Source: Octopus sinensis (lineage: Eukaryota). Taken from it: a DNA stretch of 64,000 bases. Below are positions 37,506 to 51,404 of this stretch, in pieces (the stretch's first letter is position 1; each line of letters starts with the position of its first letter). The stretch covers positions 21,514,001 to 21,578,000 of the forward strand of contig NC_043022.1 of assembly GCF_006345805.1 (NCBI RefSeq). The letters are read 5' to 3'. The translations under genes were made by a program, and so were the position numbers. Below the pieces are notes generated by a model that had not been told where the DNA came from, searched no databases, and saw only the letters and a list, made by a program, of their open reading frames with translations.

Positions 37506-37779
37506 ACATACTTCCTAGCAGCTATTTTCATATTTCACGAGTCGTCGTTAATACTTAATTCCAGGCTACATCTGCTGATCTGAGCAACTGCATTTTGCGA
37601 TATAGTTTTCAAACCATAACTGCTGCGGTGGTCAGTATGAGAATGTTAACCCTTTTTTGCAAGTTTGCAGTTGCTACCAGCCTGCTGGTTTGCTCCTACC
37701 AATTTGAAAAACAATGTTGCACCCCCTAGGTGTCACCCCCAGCATACAATAGTTTAACTGCCACAAACTAAAAAAATTC

Positions 37780-38165
37780 AGGAGTGGCTGTGTGGTAAAT
37801 AGCTTGCTTACCAACCACATGGTTCCGGGTTCAGTCCCACTGCGTGGCACCTTAGGCATGTCTTCTACTATAGCTTCGGGCCGACTAAAGCCGTGTGAGT
37901 GGATTTGGTAGATAGAAACTGAAAGAAGCCCGTCGTATATATGTACATGTATATATATTTGTGTGTCTGTGTTTGTACCCCCACCCCAACGTTGCTTGAC
38001 AACCAATGCTGGTGTGCTTATGTCCCCGTAACTTAGCAGTTCGGCAAAATAGACTGATAGAATAAGCACAAGGCTTACAAAGAATAAGTCCTGGGGTCGA
38101 TTTGCTCGACTAAAGGCGGTGCTCCAGCATGGCTACAGTCAATGACTGAAACAAGTAAAAGAGAG
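37780..38165 (+). mobile_element. SINE family A
   Basis: Full copy. Confidence 0.9.
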
Positions 38166-38807
38166 TAAAGAGAATGAGAATTAATATTTTCTACTGTTAC
38201 AAGATGCCTACATTTACGGGGCAGTTATCTGGCTGACCAAATGGTTGAACAATTGAATGGGTGCTTTGGCTGGTTGATTGGTTTGTTGATTGGTTGGTAA
38301 GATTTTGATTGGTGTGGCTACAGTCTAATGACAGAAACAAATAAAAGATAAAATAATAAAGCTATATAAATCATTAACCCTGCTAGTAAAAGCAGCCAAA
38401 CTGCCTTCAAATTACACACTGCTATCTTAAATAAGAAATGGCCACATTAAGTAATATGGTCTATGTTATCTAAAAGCTTTAACTGTCCCCAACCCTCAAA
38501 AAAATATGTCCCTTTGTGCCTAAATACCAACAAGATATTTTATCCAATGAATACAGTTGCTGCTGCTACTACTACTAATAATAATAATGGTTTCAAAATT
38601 TGGCATAAGGCCAGCAAAGGAAGCGATTACAATGTTACAGGTGCTCATTTTATCAACCCTGAAAGGATGAACAGTAAAGTAGATCTCAAGGGAATGCGAA
38701 GTCAGAATGTAAAGACAGCCACTAAACATTTTATCCAACATATTAATGATTCTGCCAGCTCACCACCTTCCTCCTCCTCCTCCTCCTCCTACTACTACTA
38801 CTACTAC

Positions 38808-38843
<36 letters not shown>

Positions 38844-38866
38844 TAACAATAATAATAATAATAATA

Positions 38867-39420
38867 AATGCCCTGATGCAGTACCAGGCAGTGGCTCTCA
38901 TGGCTTCTGATCTTAACTGATTGGAAGTGTTATCATGTACATTGTTTTGTCTTGGTATAAAAGATGGGCTACAGCAAATATTCTGCTCAATACCACAGAT
39001 TTGCTTGTCAGTTGTTTGACCTTAACCAGTTGAGCATGTCCCTTAGTGGCTGACGATATGTGCATCTCTGATCACGAGCAGAAGTAGTGGGGGAGCATCA
39101 TAGTCATGTGTTGAGAAGGATTCTTTGGGGTTTGAATAATTCACCTCTGGAAACATGGGTGTTTCGTTCAACGTCCTTAAACAACCCTTATTCAGGGACC
39201 TTTTGTCGGGATGGGTTACTCGACCAGAAGAAAATTCTAACTGGGCTCCACCTGCAAGGTCATGTGCTGTTTATCTTGATATGAGATCACCATGTCGCGC
39301 ACATATGGTTGTGATGCATGTGCCTGGTGTACCCTTATCAGACGGGTAGTTATGATGGGTATACTGGGCTTCGTATATTTTACCCCAGTGTCACTTTGAT
39401 GGCATGCTCTGCTCGCTCAC
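38867..39420 (-). mobile_element. Unclassified LINE-like 3' region, copy 2, with (TTA)n tail
   Basis: Homologous to 34235-34720. Confidence 0.65.
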
Positions 39421-39566
39421 TCAATAATAATAATAATAATAATGATGATAGTCATCATCATCATCATCGTTTAACGTCCGTTCTCCATGCTAGCATGGGT
39501 TGGACAGTTCGACCGGGGATCTGGGAAGCCAGATAATAATAATAATAATAATAACAACACAACAAC

Positions 39567-39930
39567 AACAAGAGCACTCAGAGAGCACAAAGCTCTGCCA
39601 AGGCAACACCAACGTCTCATTGATTAGCCAGAGATGACTTTTGAAATGAGAATATCTGAAATAAATTTGACTGCTTTCACAAATGAGAATACTAAAAATG
39701 AACCCGACTGCTCTCAAAAATTAAGTAAAGCACAGGAAAAATAATCCAGAATCCTTGTCTGTTACCAGATCAATCCCAAAATCTAATCAGTTTGTGCCAG
39801 TCGCGAGGCCCAAATATCCCTGCAAGTTTCATCTGAATCCATGCAGCGGTTCTTGAGATAGCTTGTCCACAGACAAACAAACATACATGACTGAAAACAA
39901 TAACTCCGCCTTCGCTAAGGTGGAGGTGAT
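39567..39930 (+). mobile_element. Possible Helentron-associated (HINE/DINE-like) non-autonomous element
   Basis: Subterminal CTCTGCCAAGG and 3' hairpin CTCCGCCTT-CGCT-AAGGTGGAG. Classification is from memory. Confidence 0.4.
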
Positions 39931-40332
39931 AATGGTTTCAAGTTTTGGCACAGAGCCAGGAATTTTGAGGGTAGGTGGTAAGTCGATTACATTGACCCCA
40001 ATGCTCATTTTATCAACCCTGAAAGGATGAAAGGTAAAGCAGATCTCAATGGAATTTGAACTGGGAGTTTTGATATATGGCCAGTAATTTTGGGGGTAGG
40101 CGGAAAGTTGATTACATTGACCCCAGTGCTTGACTGGTACTTACATTATTGACCCCAAAAGGGTGAAAGGCAAAGCAATCTCAACAGAAATGAAACCCAG
40201 AAAGTAAAAACAGACAAAATGCCACTAAGCATATTGCCTGGCACTGTAGCAATTCTGCCAGCTCACTGCAGCAGCAGCAGCAGTAGCAGTAGTAGTAGTA
40301 GAAGAAGAAGTAGTAGCAGCAGCAGCAACAGC

Positions 40333-40370
<38 letters not shown>

Positions 40371-40398
40371 CAGCAGCAGCAGCAGCAGCAACAGCAGT

Positions 40399-40429
<31 letters not shown>

Positions 40430-41259
40430 CAGCAGCAGCAGCAACAGTAGCAGCAACAACAGCAGTGCAGTGCTGGATATACTGAATGAAGTACTTTCTA
40501 TGTAATAATAACAGAAGAAAAAAACAAATATACAACACAGCATGCACCCAAGACGCAGATCTGCACTAAGTTGTACCAGTGAAATATATAACAACAACAA
40601 CAACAACGATATTTACAATAATAATAAAACAATACAATTGCGCAAACAAAGGTATCAAAACATCTTGCTCTTCAGCTAGTTCTCTTGTTGCCCATTAATA
40701 ATGCAAGAATACTCTCGTATTCACCACAATCACTTTCAGTAAAACACTTCAACTGCCAATCGGTTTCAGTCGATTATGAAGCTATTGCCCTATCACATCT
40801 TGAAAATGTAATTTTCCATTCAATCTTCCGTTTCTTCTCTCTCTGATCTCATCTACTTAACACAATGCCGTCCCTTATGAGGAGGCATCTGAGTATAAGA
40901 GGTGGATGTAATAGCATTAAAGATTTTTGTCCTTTCCTATCTTAGCTACAAAAAAATAAGACCAAACACTTTCATAGTCATTATATAATTGTTAATACTA
41001 AACTCTAAGGTATATTAATAACTTAACTTTTTTTGTTGTTTTTTTTATCTATATCTCTCTATGTAATTGTGGATGTGTGTTTCATTCATTCACGCAATGT
41101 CCTACTAACACAGAGTTATTATTTGAGGTAGGATTTACAGCCAGATGCCTATCCTGAAGTCAACTGTTACCTCAGCCAGCTGTAAAACAATGCCTCGATA
41201 TAAAATAATAATAATAATAATAATAGAACTGTCTAACCCATGAAATGGACATAAAAACC

Positions 41260-41303
<44 letters not shown>

Positions 41304-41556
41304 ATCATCAGCATTATCATTTAACATTTGTTTTCCATGCTGGCATAAGTTGGATGGTTTGACAGGAGCTGGCCAGTTAGGGAGCTGGCCAGACTCCAAT
41401 TGTCTATTTTGGCATGGTTTCTATGGCTAGATACCTTTCCTAATGCCAACCACTTTACAGAGTGCACTGGGTACTTTTTACATGTCACCAACACAGGTGG
41501 GTTAATGCAGCACCAGCACATCATAAGTGATACTAGGTGAAAACGATAACGATATA

Positions 41557-41603
<47 letters not shown>

Positions 41604-41685
41604 ACACATGTATATATGTACATACATATAGAGAGACAATAATTCAAATAAACAAATAAAACTTTGTACAAAATATATATACATA

Positions 41686-42065
41686 GGCGCAGGAGTGGCT
41701 GTGTGGTAAGTAGCTTGTTTACCAACCACATGGTTCCGGGTTCAGTCCCACTGCGTGGCACCTTGGGCAAGTGTCTTCTACTATAGCCTCAGGCTGACCA
41801 AAGCCTTGTGAGTGGATTTGGTAGACGGAAACTGAAAGAAGCCCGTCGTATATATGTATATATATATATATGCGTGTGTGTGCTTGTGTGTCCGTGTTTT
41901 TCCCCCTGTGTTTATGTCCCCGTTACTTAGCAGTTCAGCAAAAGAGACCGATAGAATAAGTACTGGGCTTACAAAAGAATAAGTCCCGGGGTCGAGTTGC
42001 TCGATTAAAGGCAGTGCTCCAGCATGGCCACAGTCAAATGACTGAAACAAGTAAAAGAGTAAAAA
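41686..42065 (+). mobile_element. SINE family A
   Basis: Full copy. Confidence 0.9.
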
Positions 42066-42767
42066 GAGTATGTGTACATGTAAAAAGAGAAAATAGACTT
42101 AAAATCTTCTACAAAATTTTAAGTCTACCTTCTCTTCTTACACATATACATGTATATATATTTTGTATATTAAAACCCAAGGTTTTATCTGTTTATCTGA
42201 ATCATTGACTCCATATCTGTTCCCTTGGGTTCCCTTTACAGCCACTCTTTACCCAGCGGACTTGGTCCTCTGTGAAGATATCAGCGTGTAAGTTCAAATC
42301 ATTTGAGCACTACTAAGTGTTTTCTATACAGAGATTCTCTTACTTTCCTCTGTTGACTCTGTACATACATATGTAAGCACAAGATATACAGGCACACACA
42401 GACACAGACACACACACACATCAGGTTACTAGTGTTGCTATGCCTAAGCAAAATATTAAAATATGTACATCTAAAATTATTTCTAATTTTGGCAGAAGGC
42501 CAGAAATTTTGGTAGTAACAGCTAATTCAATTACACTGCCCCTGGTGTTCAACTGATACTTATTTTAATAACTCTGAAAGGATGAAAGGCAATACTGATC
42601 TCAGTAGAATTTGAACTCAGACCATAAAGCCAGAATAAAGCTGATGCACTAATGGTTCTGTCAACTCACTTCCTTTCATATGTAAACATATTATAGAAAC
42701 CTATATACAAATATATACTATACATACACATATGTATAGTATATATATATATGTATAGTATAGTATA

Positions 42768-43160
42768 TAGCGCAGGAGTGGCTGTATGGTAAGTAGCTTG
42801 TTTACCAACCACATGGTTCCGGGTTCAGTCCCACTGCGTAGCACCTTGGCTAAGTGTCTTCTACTATAGCCTCGGGCTGACCAAAGCCTTGTGAGTGGAT
42901 TTGGTAGAAAGAAACTGAGAGAAGCCCGTCGTATATATGTATATATATATATGCGTGTGTGTGTTTGTCCCCCTAGCATTGCTTGACAACCTATGCTGGT
43001 GTGTTTATGTCCCCGTTACTTAGCGGTTTGGCAAAAGAGACCGACAGAATAAGTACTGGGCTTACAAAAGAATAAGTCCCGGGGTCGAGTTGCTCAATTA
43101 AAGGCGGTGTTCCAGCATGGCCATAGTCAAATGACTGAAACAAGTAAACGAGAGAGAAAA
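42768..43160 (+). mobile_element. SINE family A
   Basis: Full copy. Confidence 0.9.
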
Positions 43161-43529
43161 AGAGTATATCTTTTATTTTTTATTTGTTTCAGTCATTAGA
43201 CTGCAGCCATGCTGAGACACTGCCTTGAAGAAATTTTAGTCAAATTATATATACATATTAATGTGAGTTTAGAGGGATATATTATCCAGGCAGATATATT
43301 ACCATCCAGATTATATATACACAGCATGGAATTTTGTCAGTAAACAGGTCTCGGCCTCAAAGCGATGAAAATATTTTGGCAAATTAAATTTAAATGTTGA
43401 AGTGAATCTAATGGTTTTTGTGTGTTTCTTAAATGGCTTATAAACACCTTCCACGCTGCAATTGTTTTCGTTCCAGCACACGATCTCAGATCAGGTCACA
43501 TGCTATGCAAGTACATCTCTGTAATATAT

Positions 43530-43862
43530 ATTGAGACTCCCTTCGGTCATGACTGACCATGGGATTGCACCTAGAAAGTTACCCTCCCAGGCACAAGTCC
43601 AGGCAAGGTTGTTTATGGAAGACCAGTAGTCGCCCATGCATACCGTCCTCCCCTCTCCATGCCACAGATGTTATCCAAGGGAAAGGCAAAGGGGCCGATA
43701 CAGCTTGGCACCTGTGATGTCGCAAATCATTTCTACAGCTGAGTGAACTGGGCCAACGTGAAATAAAGTGTCTTGCTCAAGAACACAACACGCAGCCCGG
43801 TCCGGGATTTGAACTCATAAATTCACAATCATAAGCTCGATGCTCTAACTACTGAGTCATGC
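43530..43862 (-). mobile_element. SINE family D
   Basis: Reverse complement of the head and body at 21046-21213, plus a 3' part. Confidence 0.85.
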
Positions 43863-44111
43863 ATAATATACATATATAGCACAGTTGAAACACTCTTGTC
43901 ACAACCTGGGGCCTTGAAGACTGCTATAATGCAAGAAAGTATACTAGTCCCTTAATATTTTATATTCAATCTTTCATCTATTCAATAAGACAATCAATAC
44001 TTCATTTCATTTTACTATATATATATTATTTATACTATATATTCTATATTCTACATTAATATAAAAAAAGAATATAAATAAAACATAAAAAACAGAGTTG
44101 GAATTTCTTTG

Positions 44112-44160
<49 letters not shown>

Positions 44161-44705
44161 GGATGTATATACGATGGCTTCTTTCAGTTTCTGTCAACCA
44201 AATCCACTCACAAGGCTCTAGTCAGCCTGAGGTTATAGGAGAAGGTACTTGCAATGGGACTGAACCTGGAACCATGTGGTTGGGAAACAAGCTTCTTACC
44301 ACACAGCCATGCCTTCACCTGTTTTACATATATATATATATATATACATAATATATAATGGATGTGGGGGTGTGCAGGATATGCATGCATATATTTATAC
44401 AAGCCTGCTCAGAGATTTATTTTCTCCTTCACTGTATTTCACAACAAAATTTGCCCACACATGCTTTGCCCACAGTAAATTGCAAAAGATCTAACAACAG
44501 TGCTTCCTGTTTATATAAGGCTTTCAAACTCACAGAGAGAGAGAAAAAAAATCATTCAAGTCCCACAATAAAGCACAACAGGCATCTAATGCAGTGCAAT
44601 GCCGCCATCACCATCACCACCACCACCACCACCACTTAATGAGATACTGTTGAATATAACATTTTATAAATAAATAAAAATAGCAAATAGATATATAAAA
44701 TAAAC

Positions 44706-44745
<40 letters not shown>

Positions 44746-45409
44746 GTGGAATAAATGAGTAAATAAACTGTCAGCTGCAAAGCACCGTCTACTGCATATT
44801 AACAATGCATCATGCAGCAGCAGCTGCTGATGTTTTTGATATTATTGTTCCTGTCAGGATACAGACATGCAATACTATCTGACTGTAGGGATTGCTCATT
44901 CAGCACCAGAGCCTGCAATAACTTTGAAGGCTTTCAGTAATGATATCGCCCAGATAATAATAACAACTACTTCTAATTTATGCACAGGGCCAACAATTTT
45001 TAAGAAGAGGGGGTCCAGTCGATTAGATTAACCCCAGTACTAGACAGGTATTTTATTTTATTGATCCCGGAGAGATAAAAGACGAGGCTAACTCTGGTGG
45101 GATTTGAACTTCAGAATATAAAATTTTAACAAATGCTGCAAAGCAGTTTTCCCAATGCTCTAACAATCCTGCTCGCTTTACTGCTCTTATTGACTTCAGA
45201 TTTTGGCACAAATCCAGCAATTTCAAGTGAGGGCATAAGCCAATTAAGGACCCTATTCCCAAGGCCCCCATAGGAATAGTGAACCAAAAGAAAAAAATGG
45301 ATAGATGGATACTGAAGATTACAGTGAAAACAAAGATAATATTGAGGGGGCAATGATCAAAATATTGATAATAATGATAATAACGATGATGATGATGATG
45401 ATATTTCAC

Positions 45410-45780
45410 TTATGGCTGTATGGTAAGAAGCTTGCTTCCCAACCACATGGTTCCAGGTTCAGTTCCACAGTGTGGCACCTTGGGCAAGTGCCTTCTACAA
45501 TAGTCCCTTGTTAGTGGATTTGGTAGATGGAAACTGAAAGAAGCTTGTCATATATCTGTGTATCTATGTCTGTTTGTCCCCCCCACCCTCATCACCGTTT
45601 GACAACCAGTGTCGGTGTGTTTACGTCCCTGTAACTTAGCAGTTCGGTACAAGAGACTGATGAAGTAAGTACCAGGTTTTAAAAAAACAAGTACTGGGTG
45701 GGGTGAATACATCCAACTAAAATTTCAAGGTAGTGCCCCAGCATGGCCACAATCAAATGACTGAAATAAGTAAAAGATAA
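45410..45780 (+). mobile_element. SINE family A, older
   Basis: Head, core and 3' half. Confidence 0.8.
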
Positions 45781-46109
45781 AATTCAGAAGTGTGTGTGGG
45801 GGGGGTGGATGTTTATGAGTGTCTGTGCATATGTGCACACATGAACACACACACACATTAAAATTATATGTAAACTTACAAAGCAGACACAAAGCTTGTC
45901 AAGTTCACCTTATTTCTCCATAGACTGAAAACATGATGGACAGTTTTTAATCTATTTTAACCCTTAATGAGAGAACTCATAAATGTTTGTTGTACTATTT
46001 ATGCTAGCAGCATGCTTTTAACAGAGGGCCAGTGAGGGAGAATTTTTGAGAAGTAAATTAACTCCTTTAACAGCATGTAATTATTGAAATTTTGAGAAAT
46101 GACAAGTGT

Positions 46110-46480
46110 AGTAATAAATGGGTGGTGGCTGGATGGAGAAGGGCAGGGGAAGAGTAGGGGAAGATAGGAGAGGGCGAAGGGCAGGAGGGGGTGAAGGACA
46201 AGAGGGACGTAAGGGCAGGAGGGGAGAAGGGCAAAAGGAGAGGAGAGGGAAGAAGGACAGGAGGGGGGAGGGAAGGAATAAGGGCAGGAGGGGAGGAGGA
46301 GAGGTAAGAAGGGCAGGCAGAGAAGAGGAGGAGGAAGAAGAAGGGCAGGAGGGGGGAGAAAGAAGGGCAAGGGGAAAGGAGGAGGAGGAAGGGCATGAGG
46401 GGAGGAGGAGAAAGAAGGGGAGGAGGGGAGGAGGAGAAAGAAGGGGAGGAGGGGAATGGAGGAGAAGGAGAGGATGATGA
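46110..46480. repeat. G/A-rich polypurine low-complexity tract
   Basis: GGA/GGG/AAGGG units. Confidence 0.85.
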
Positions 46481-46929
46481 GAGCAATGACATTAATGATG
46501 GTCACTTCACTGCCCTTGATTACAGCAATGAAGCTTCAATGACAATGGCGGTGGCTTTGTAAATACTGACAGTGACTGTCTTCTGTTGATATTAACTACA
46601 ACACTATATTGGTGATGACAATGGCACTGATGACAGATGATTACTACAACATGGATGGCAGTGGTGATGGTGATGTGGAAGGATTCCATTAGACTCAAAA
46701 AAAAAAGAAAAACATCACTGATGGGACAGACTTCTGTGTTCTGTAAAACAACAATTAGTAATTGCATACAAATATTTAACTGGAAAAAAAAAGTATTCAC
46801 AAAATAAAGGTAGCATAAGAAATGAGCCAATGAAGGAGCTCAATGTGCTAACTCAACATGCAAGAAATAGCAGTCAAATCACACTCTGCTATCTTGGAAA
46901 AGGAAGAGACACATTGGATAATGAATCAT

Positions 46930-47270
46930 CATAATCATCATCATCGTTTAGCATCTGCTTTCCATGCTGGCATGGGTTGGACGGTTCAACTGGGGTCTGG
47001 GAAGCCAGAAGGCTGCACCAGGCCCAGTCTGATCTAGCAATGTTTCTATGGCTGGATGCCCTTGCTAACGCCAACCACTCCGTGAGTGTAGTGGGTGCTT
47101 TTTACATGCCACCTGCACAGGTGCCAGACAAGGCTGGCAAACGACCATGGTCGGATGTTGCTTTTTACATGCCTCCGGCACGGGGGCCAGGCGAGGCTGT
47201 CAACGGCCACGTTCAGATGGTTCGCTTATGTGCCACCGGCACTGGTATCACAACTACAATTTCCATTGAT
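46930..47270 (-). mobile_element. SINE-like family C
   Basis: (ATC)n tail and body. Confidence 0.85.
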
Positions 47271-48472
47271 GTTGACCAATTTCGATTCTCACTTGCCTCA
47301 ACAGGTCTGAATAAACATTGCCGGGCAGCAAATAGAGACATTGCTTAGAAAATATTTTTCATTTTTAACCTCATATATAGTACGCACTAGGGATTTTGAT
47401 CTTTAAATTTGGGGGAAAAGTACGGATTATACTTGAGGATTTACGGTATTACACAACCATTTACGGTATTACACAATCTCAAAATATTACATGACCTAGG
47501 AAGCAGAACCTCATGAAGGAGATGACAAAGAACCACAAGTGGTAGGACACTATGCTGAAAATAACTCATATAAACCATCCATTATACAAAAATTAATGCA
47601 AACTGATGATGATATTTGCTATATACATTCTGAAACAGTCATGTACTACAGTAAGCTCTCGGATTATTCTTCAGTAGCTTTGTACCAGACATCACTACAA
47701 GAGAAGAGCTGCTGTTGAGAAGTTGATGACATCATGATGAATCTAGTTAGCAACTGATTGATGAGAAAGGAATGTATGTAGATAAATTGTTTTATTTATA
47801 ATGCTTTTGCCAAGTTAGTCATTCATTATATTCATTATATACATGTATGGTTTATTTAGTCACAATGCAGTTCTACTGTACAACTAGTGTACAATCTTGT
47901 ATATTTACTTAGAGATTATCTATTATAACTACTTCGGTAAATGCAGTAAAGTCCAAGCTTTGCTGATAAGGGTTCTCAAACATTTCTTATCCATACAATT
48001 TTTATTCTGTTGGACCCCCATAACCAGTCAATGCTTAAAAACTAGTTTTATAGAAACTTCTTTCAAAATTCCTGCCTTTTTTGGTTTTTTTCACACATTC
48101 ACTTGTGTAGGTTGAATTATGTAAACATTAGAGAAAGAAGCTAACTGTTTCTTGCAATACATACATCTAAAGCGAAATTTTTTTCAGGGGCCTTTAAAAT
48201 ACTATTGTGGTTCCCCAGTTTATCATTTTGTTGCATGGACCCCCCCACCACCACCACCAAAAAAAAAAATTCTTATATGGACCCTCAGGGGCCATATAGA
48301 CACTGGTTAAGAACCACTGAAGACAGAAACATATCCAGAGTTGTTCTCCCAGTACTTGCTGAAATGAAATAATGTCATTCTATGACAAATACCTTTTCCT
48401 CAGTCTAATTATTTCCAATAAGCTCTTTAATGTTCCAAGCATTAAAACATGTCAACTAATTTTAGTTACTGT

Positions 48473-48700
48473 TTAACCCTTTAGCATTCAGATTATTCTG
48501 TCAAAAGTAATGCTTATTTATTCACATTGTTTTGAATTAATCCTGCATTATCTTGTAACTTCAAGACTTTGATGACACAGTAATTTATTTTTAGAATGAC
48601 ATTGTAAAGTATGTGTGAGAGGCCAGATTTGGCCAATTTGAACAATAAACAGGTAGAATATTTTGGATGGATATGGCCAGTTTAAATGCTAAAAGGTTAA
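48473..48700. mobile_element. TTAA MITE family MB
   Basis: TTAACCCTTTAGCATT...AATGCTAAAAGGTTAA. Confidence 0.85.
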
Positions 48701-48814
48701 CATTCTTTGCATTAAATAATGCAATAAATATCAAGAAGTTAACTAGTAATATCTAACTAAGAAAAAACATTAAGGAAAGAAGTAATGTTAGTTAATGAAA
48801 TATTCCAGCTTCTT

Positions 48815-49060
48815 TTAAGTGCTTCTACTGGGCACTTGTTCATACTACCCTGCTATATGGCTGTAAGATGTGGCCAATAAAAAAAGGGTCAGACTTAAAC
48901 AAACTGAAAGTAATTGGCCACTTTGCCTTTGTCATCATTGCACATTGGATTTTGTGTTGCTCTACAGACTTTTCTCAATGCTAGATTGATTCCCTTCAAC
49001 AACTCATGCTGGAAAGATTCCTCCATTGATTAAGTCATGCACTCCAATGTCCTAGAGCAA
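48815..49060 (+). mobile_element. Old RTE LINE fragment
   Basis: YWALVHTTLLYGCKMWP motif. Confidence 0.65.
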
Positions 49061-49092
49061 ACTTGTCCATAATGCACACCAGAGCCCCACCT

Positions 49093-49210
49093 TCGTCATC
49101 ATCATTGTTCAAACGTGGTCGAGACAATGGAATTTACTATGTTACGCCAGACTTCACGGCCAATCATAGCATTACGGAGGTCCTGTCGCTGGGTGCCTGT
49201 ATCCCTGGTG
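49093..49210 (-). mobile_element. RTEX-like LINE extreme 3' fragment
   Basis: Homologous to 51405-51525; (TGA)n tail. Confidence 0.85.
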
Positions 49211-49369
49211 ATTACATATTAGTACATTGTTGCAAAGATGTTTCACATATTATTGTTTGTATTGTCTTGTCTCTCCCCCATTTCTTGTAAAGTTGGTTCT
49301 TTTGTCAGAAATCACATCTGTATTGTAATCCATAACATCATCCCTTCTGAAAGTATTGAAATGCCATGT
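49211..49369. repeat. 159-bp inverted duplicate of 50812-50970
   Basis: Reverse complement with one mismatch. Confidence 0.95.
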
Positions 49370-49644
49370 CAATAGGTATCGATAGGGATGTGTATTTCAA
49401 CCTTGCATGTATAAGAGTCTACCACAGTAGCCCTGCTTAGTCGAAAATTTATGCATTGGACATATGTAATTGCTGAGAGTGAGTAGCTTGTGTTCATAAT
49501 GCTGTAGATTCACTGGTTACAGCCCATCCGACACACTGAAGGTTGCACTTAGGATGTCTTCTACAATATCTCTCAGCTGATCAATGTCTTCTGAGTTAAT
49601 TTTGTAGACAGAAACTGTGAGGAAGCCCACCACTTGACAACTGG

Positions 49645-49859
49645 TACTCTTTTACTCTCTCTTTTACTCTTTTACTTGTTTCAGTCATTTGACTGCGGCC
49701 ATGCTGGAGCACCGCCTTTAGTCGAGCAAATCAACCCCGGGACTTATTCTTTGTAAGCCCAGTACTTATTCAATCGGTCTCTTTTGCCGAACCGCTAAGT
49801 GATGGAGACGTAAACACACCAGCATCGGTTGTCAAGCAATGCTAGGGGGACAAACACAG

Positions 49860-49953
<94 letters not shown>

Positions 49954-50103
49954 TACGACAGGCTTCTTTCAGTTTCTGTCTACCAAATCCACTCACAAGG
50001 CATTGGTCGGCCCGGGGCTATAGCAGAAGACATTTGCCCAAGATGCCATGTAGTGGGACTGAACCCGGAACCATGTGGTTGGTTAGCAAGCTACTTACCA
50101 CAC
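49645..50103 (-). mobile_element. SINE family A
   Basis: Full copy. Confidence 0.9.
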
Positions 50104-50388
50104 ATGGTTTTCTTTTCAATTTTTTTTTTTTTTGTTTCAAACTGCGGCCATACTGGAACAATCCCTGTAGATTAGCAGTTAGAGAGACCATTAAAATAAG
50201 TAGAAGATATTAAGAAAACCGTAGTTAATGCGTTTGACTAAAAATGATTTTCAAGCTGGTGACCCAGCATGACCGCAGCCTAAACACTGAAACATGTAAT
50301 AAATACATACACACACAAAGTATGTGTAAGTAGAGAGAGAGAGAGACAGACAGACAGAAGACAGACAGACAGACAGAGACAGACAGAC

Positions 50389-50427
<39 letters not shown>

Positions 50428-50492
50428 TGAATTATGAAGTATTCGATTTGTTTATTTACTTCTGCTTAAGAAATAATATGATATCAGTGTGG

Positions 50493-50547
<55 letters not shown>

Positions 50548-51404
50548 TAACAATAACAAGAAGAAGAAGGAGAAAAAGAAGAAGAAGTAAAAAATAAAAA
50601 GAGAAGCATTAAAGCCATATTTTTCCATAACGTGCAAACACAGAGCAATATAGCTGATTCTCTATTAGAAACAAAACAAAGAGAAAAGAGACCGATTTTT
50701 GAGTCTCTAGTCATGACAGAGATACAATCGATTTTTCAATGGAATGTGTAAGACTGATTTCCTAAACAAAGAAAACAGAACTGATTTGCTGGCGACCTTG
50801 CCAAACACATCACATGGCATTTCAATACTTTCAGAAGGGATGATGTTATGGATTACAATACAGATGTGATTTCTGACAAAAGAACCAACTTTACAAGAAA
50901 TGGGGGAGAGACAAGACAATACAAACAATAATATGTGAAACATCTTCGCAACAATGTACTAATATGTAATAGCAGAATTCTTAAATCATCTCAATGCAAA
51001 ATAATGAGAAATCAAAAATTAATTTTTATTTTATTTTTTCATTTTTTTTCACCCCTTTTTTTTTCTGATTTCTTTAAAATATTGAGATTAATCTTTTTAA
51101 AGGGATTTCCATGATAATTTCCATCTATGATTTTTTGGTTTGGAAAAAAAAAAGGATTTCCTCCCTACTTGAATCACACACTATTTATAACATGTTAACT
51201 GACAAAACACAATCTCACAGCAATGATACAAATAAGAATGTACACACACATATGCATGCACACATGTATGCATGCACACATGCAAGCAGTTACAAATGGA
51301 AATAAAAAAAGTAAATTTATAAGACCAATCTTTTATCTTTCACTTGTTACAGTCATTTAACCGTGACCATGTTGGAGCATCATATTGAAGGGCTTTAGTC
51401 AAAC

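Noticed and set aside
36851-37531. 130-226 aa SL- or ER-rich ORFs in several frames
   Set aside because: (GA)n low-complexity tract, open in many frames on both strands; likewise 45999-46505.
50707-50943. 78-aa minus-strand ORF with a hydrophobic, signal-peptide-like N-terminus
   Set aside because: No homology recognised, and the hydrophobicity follows from T-richness.
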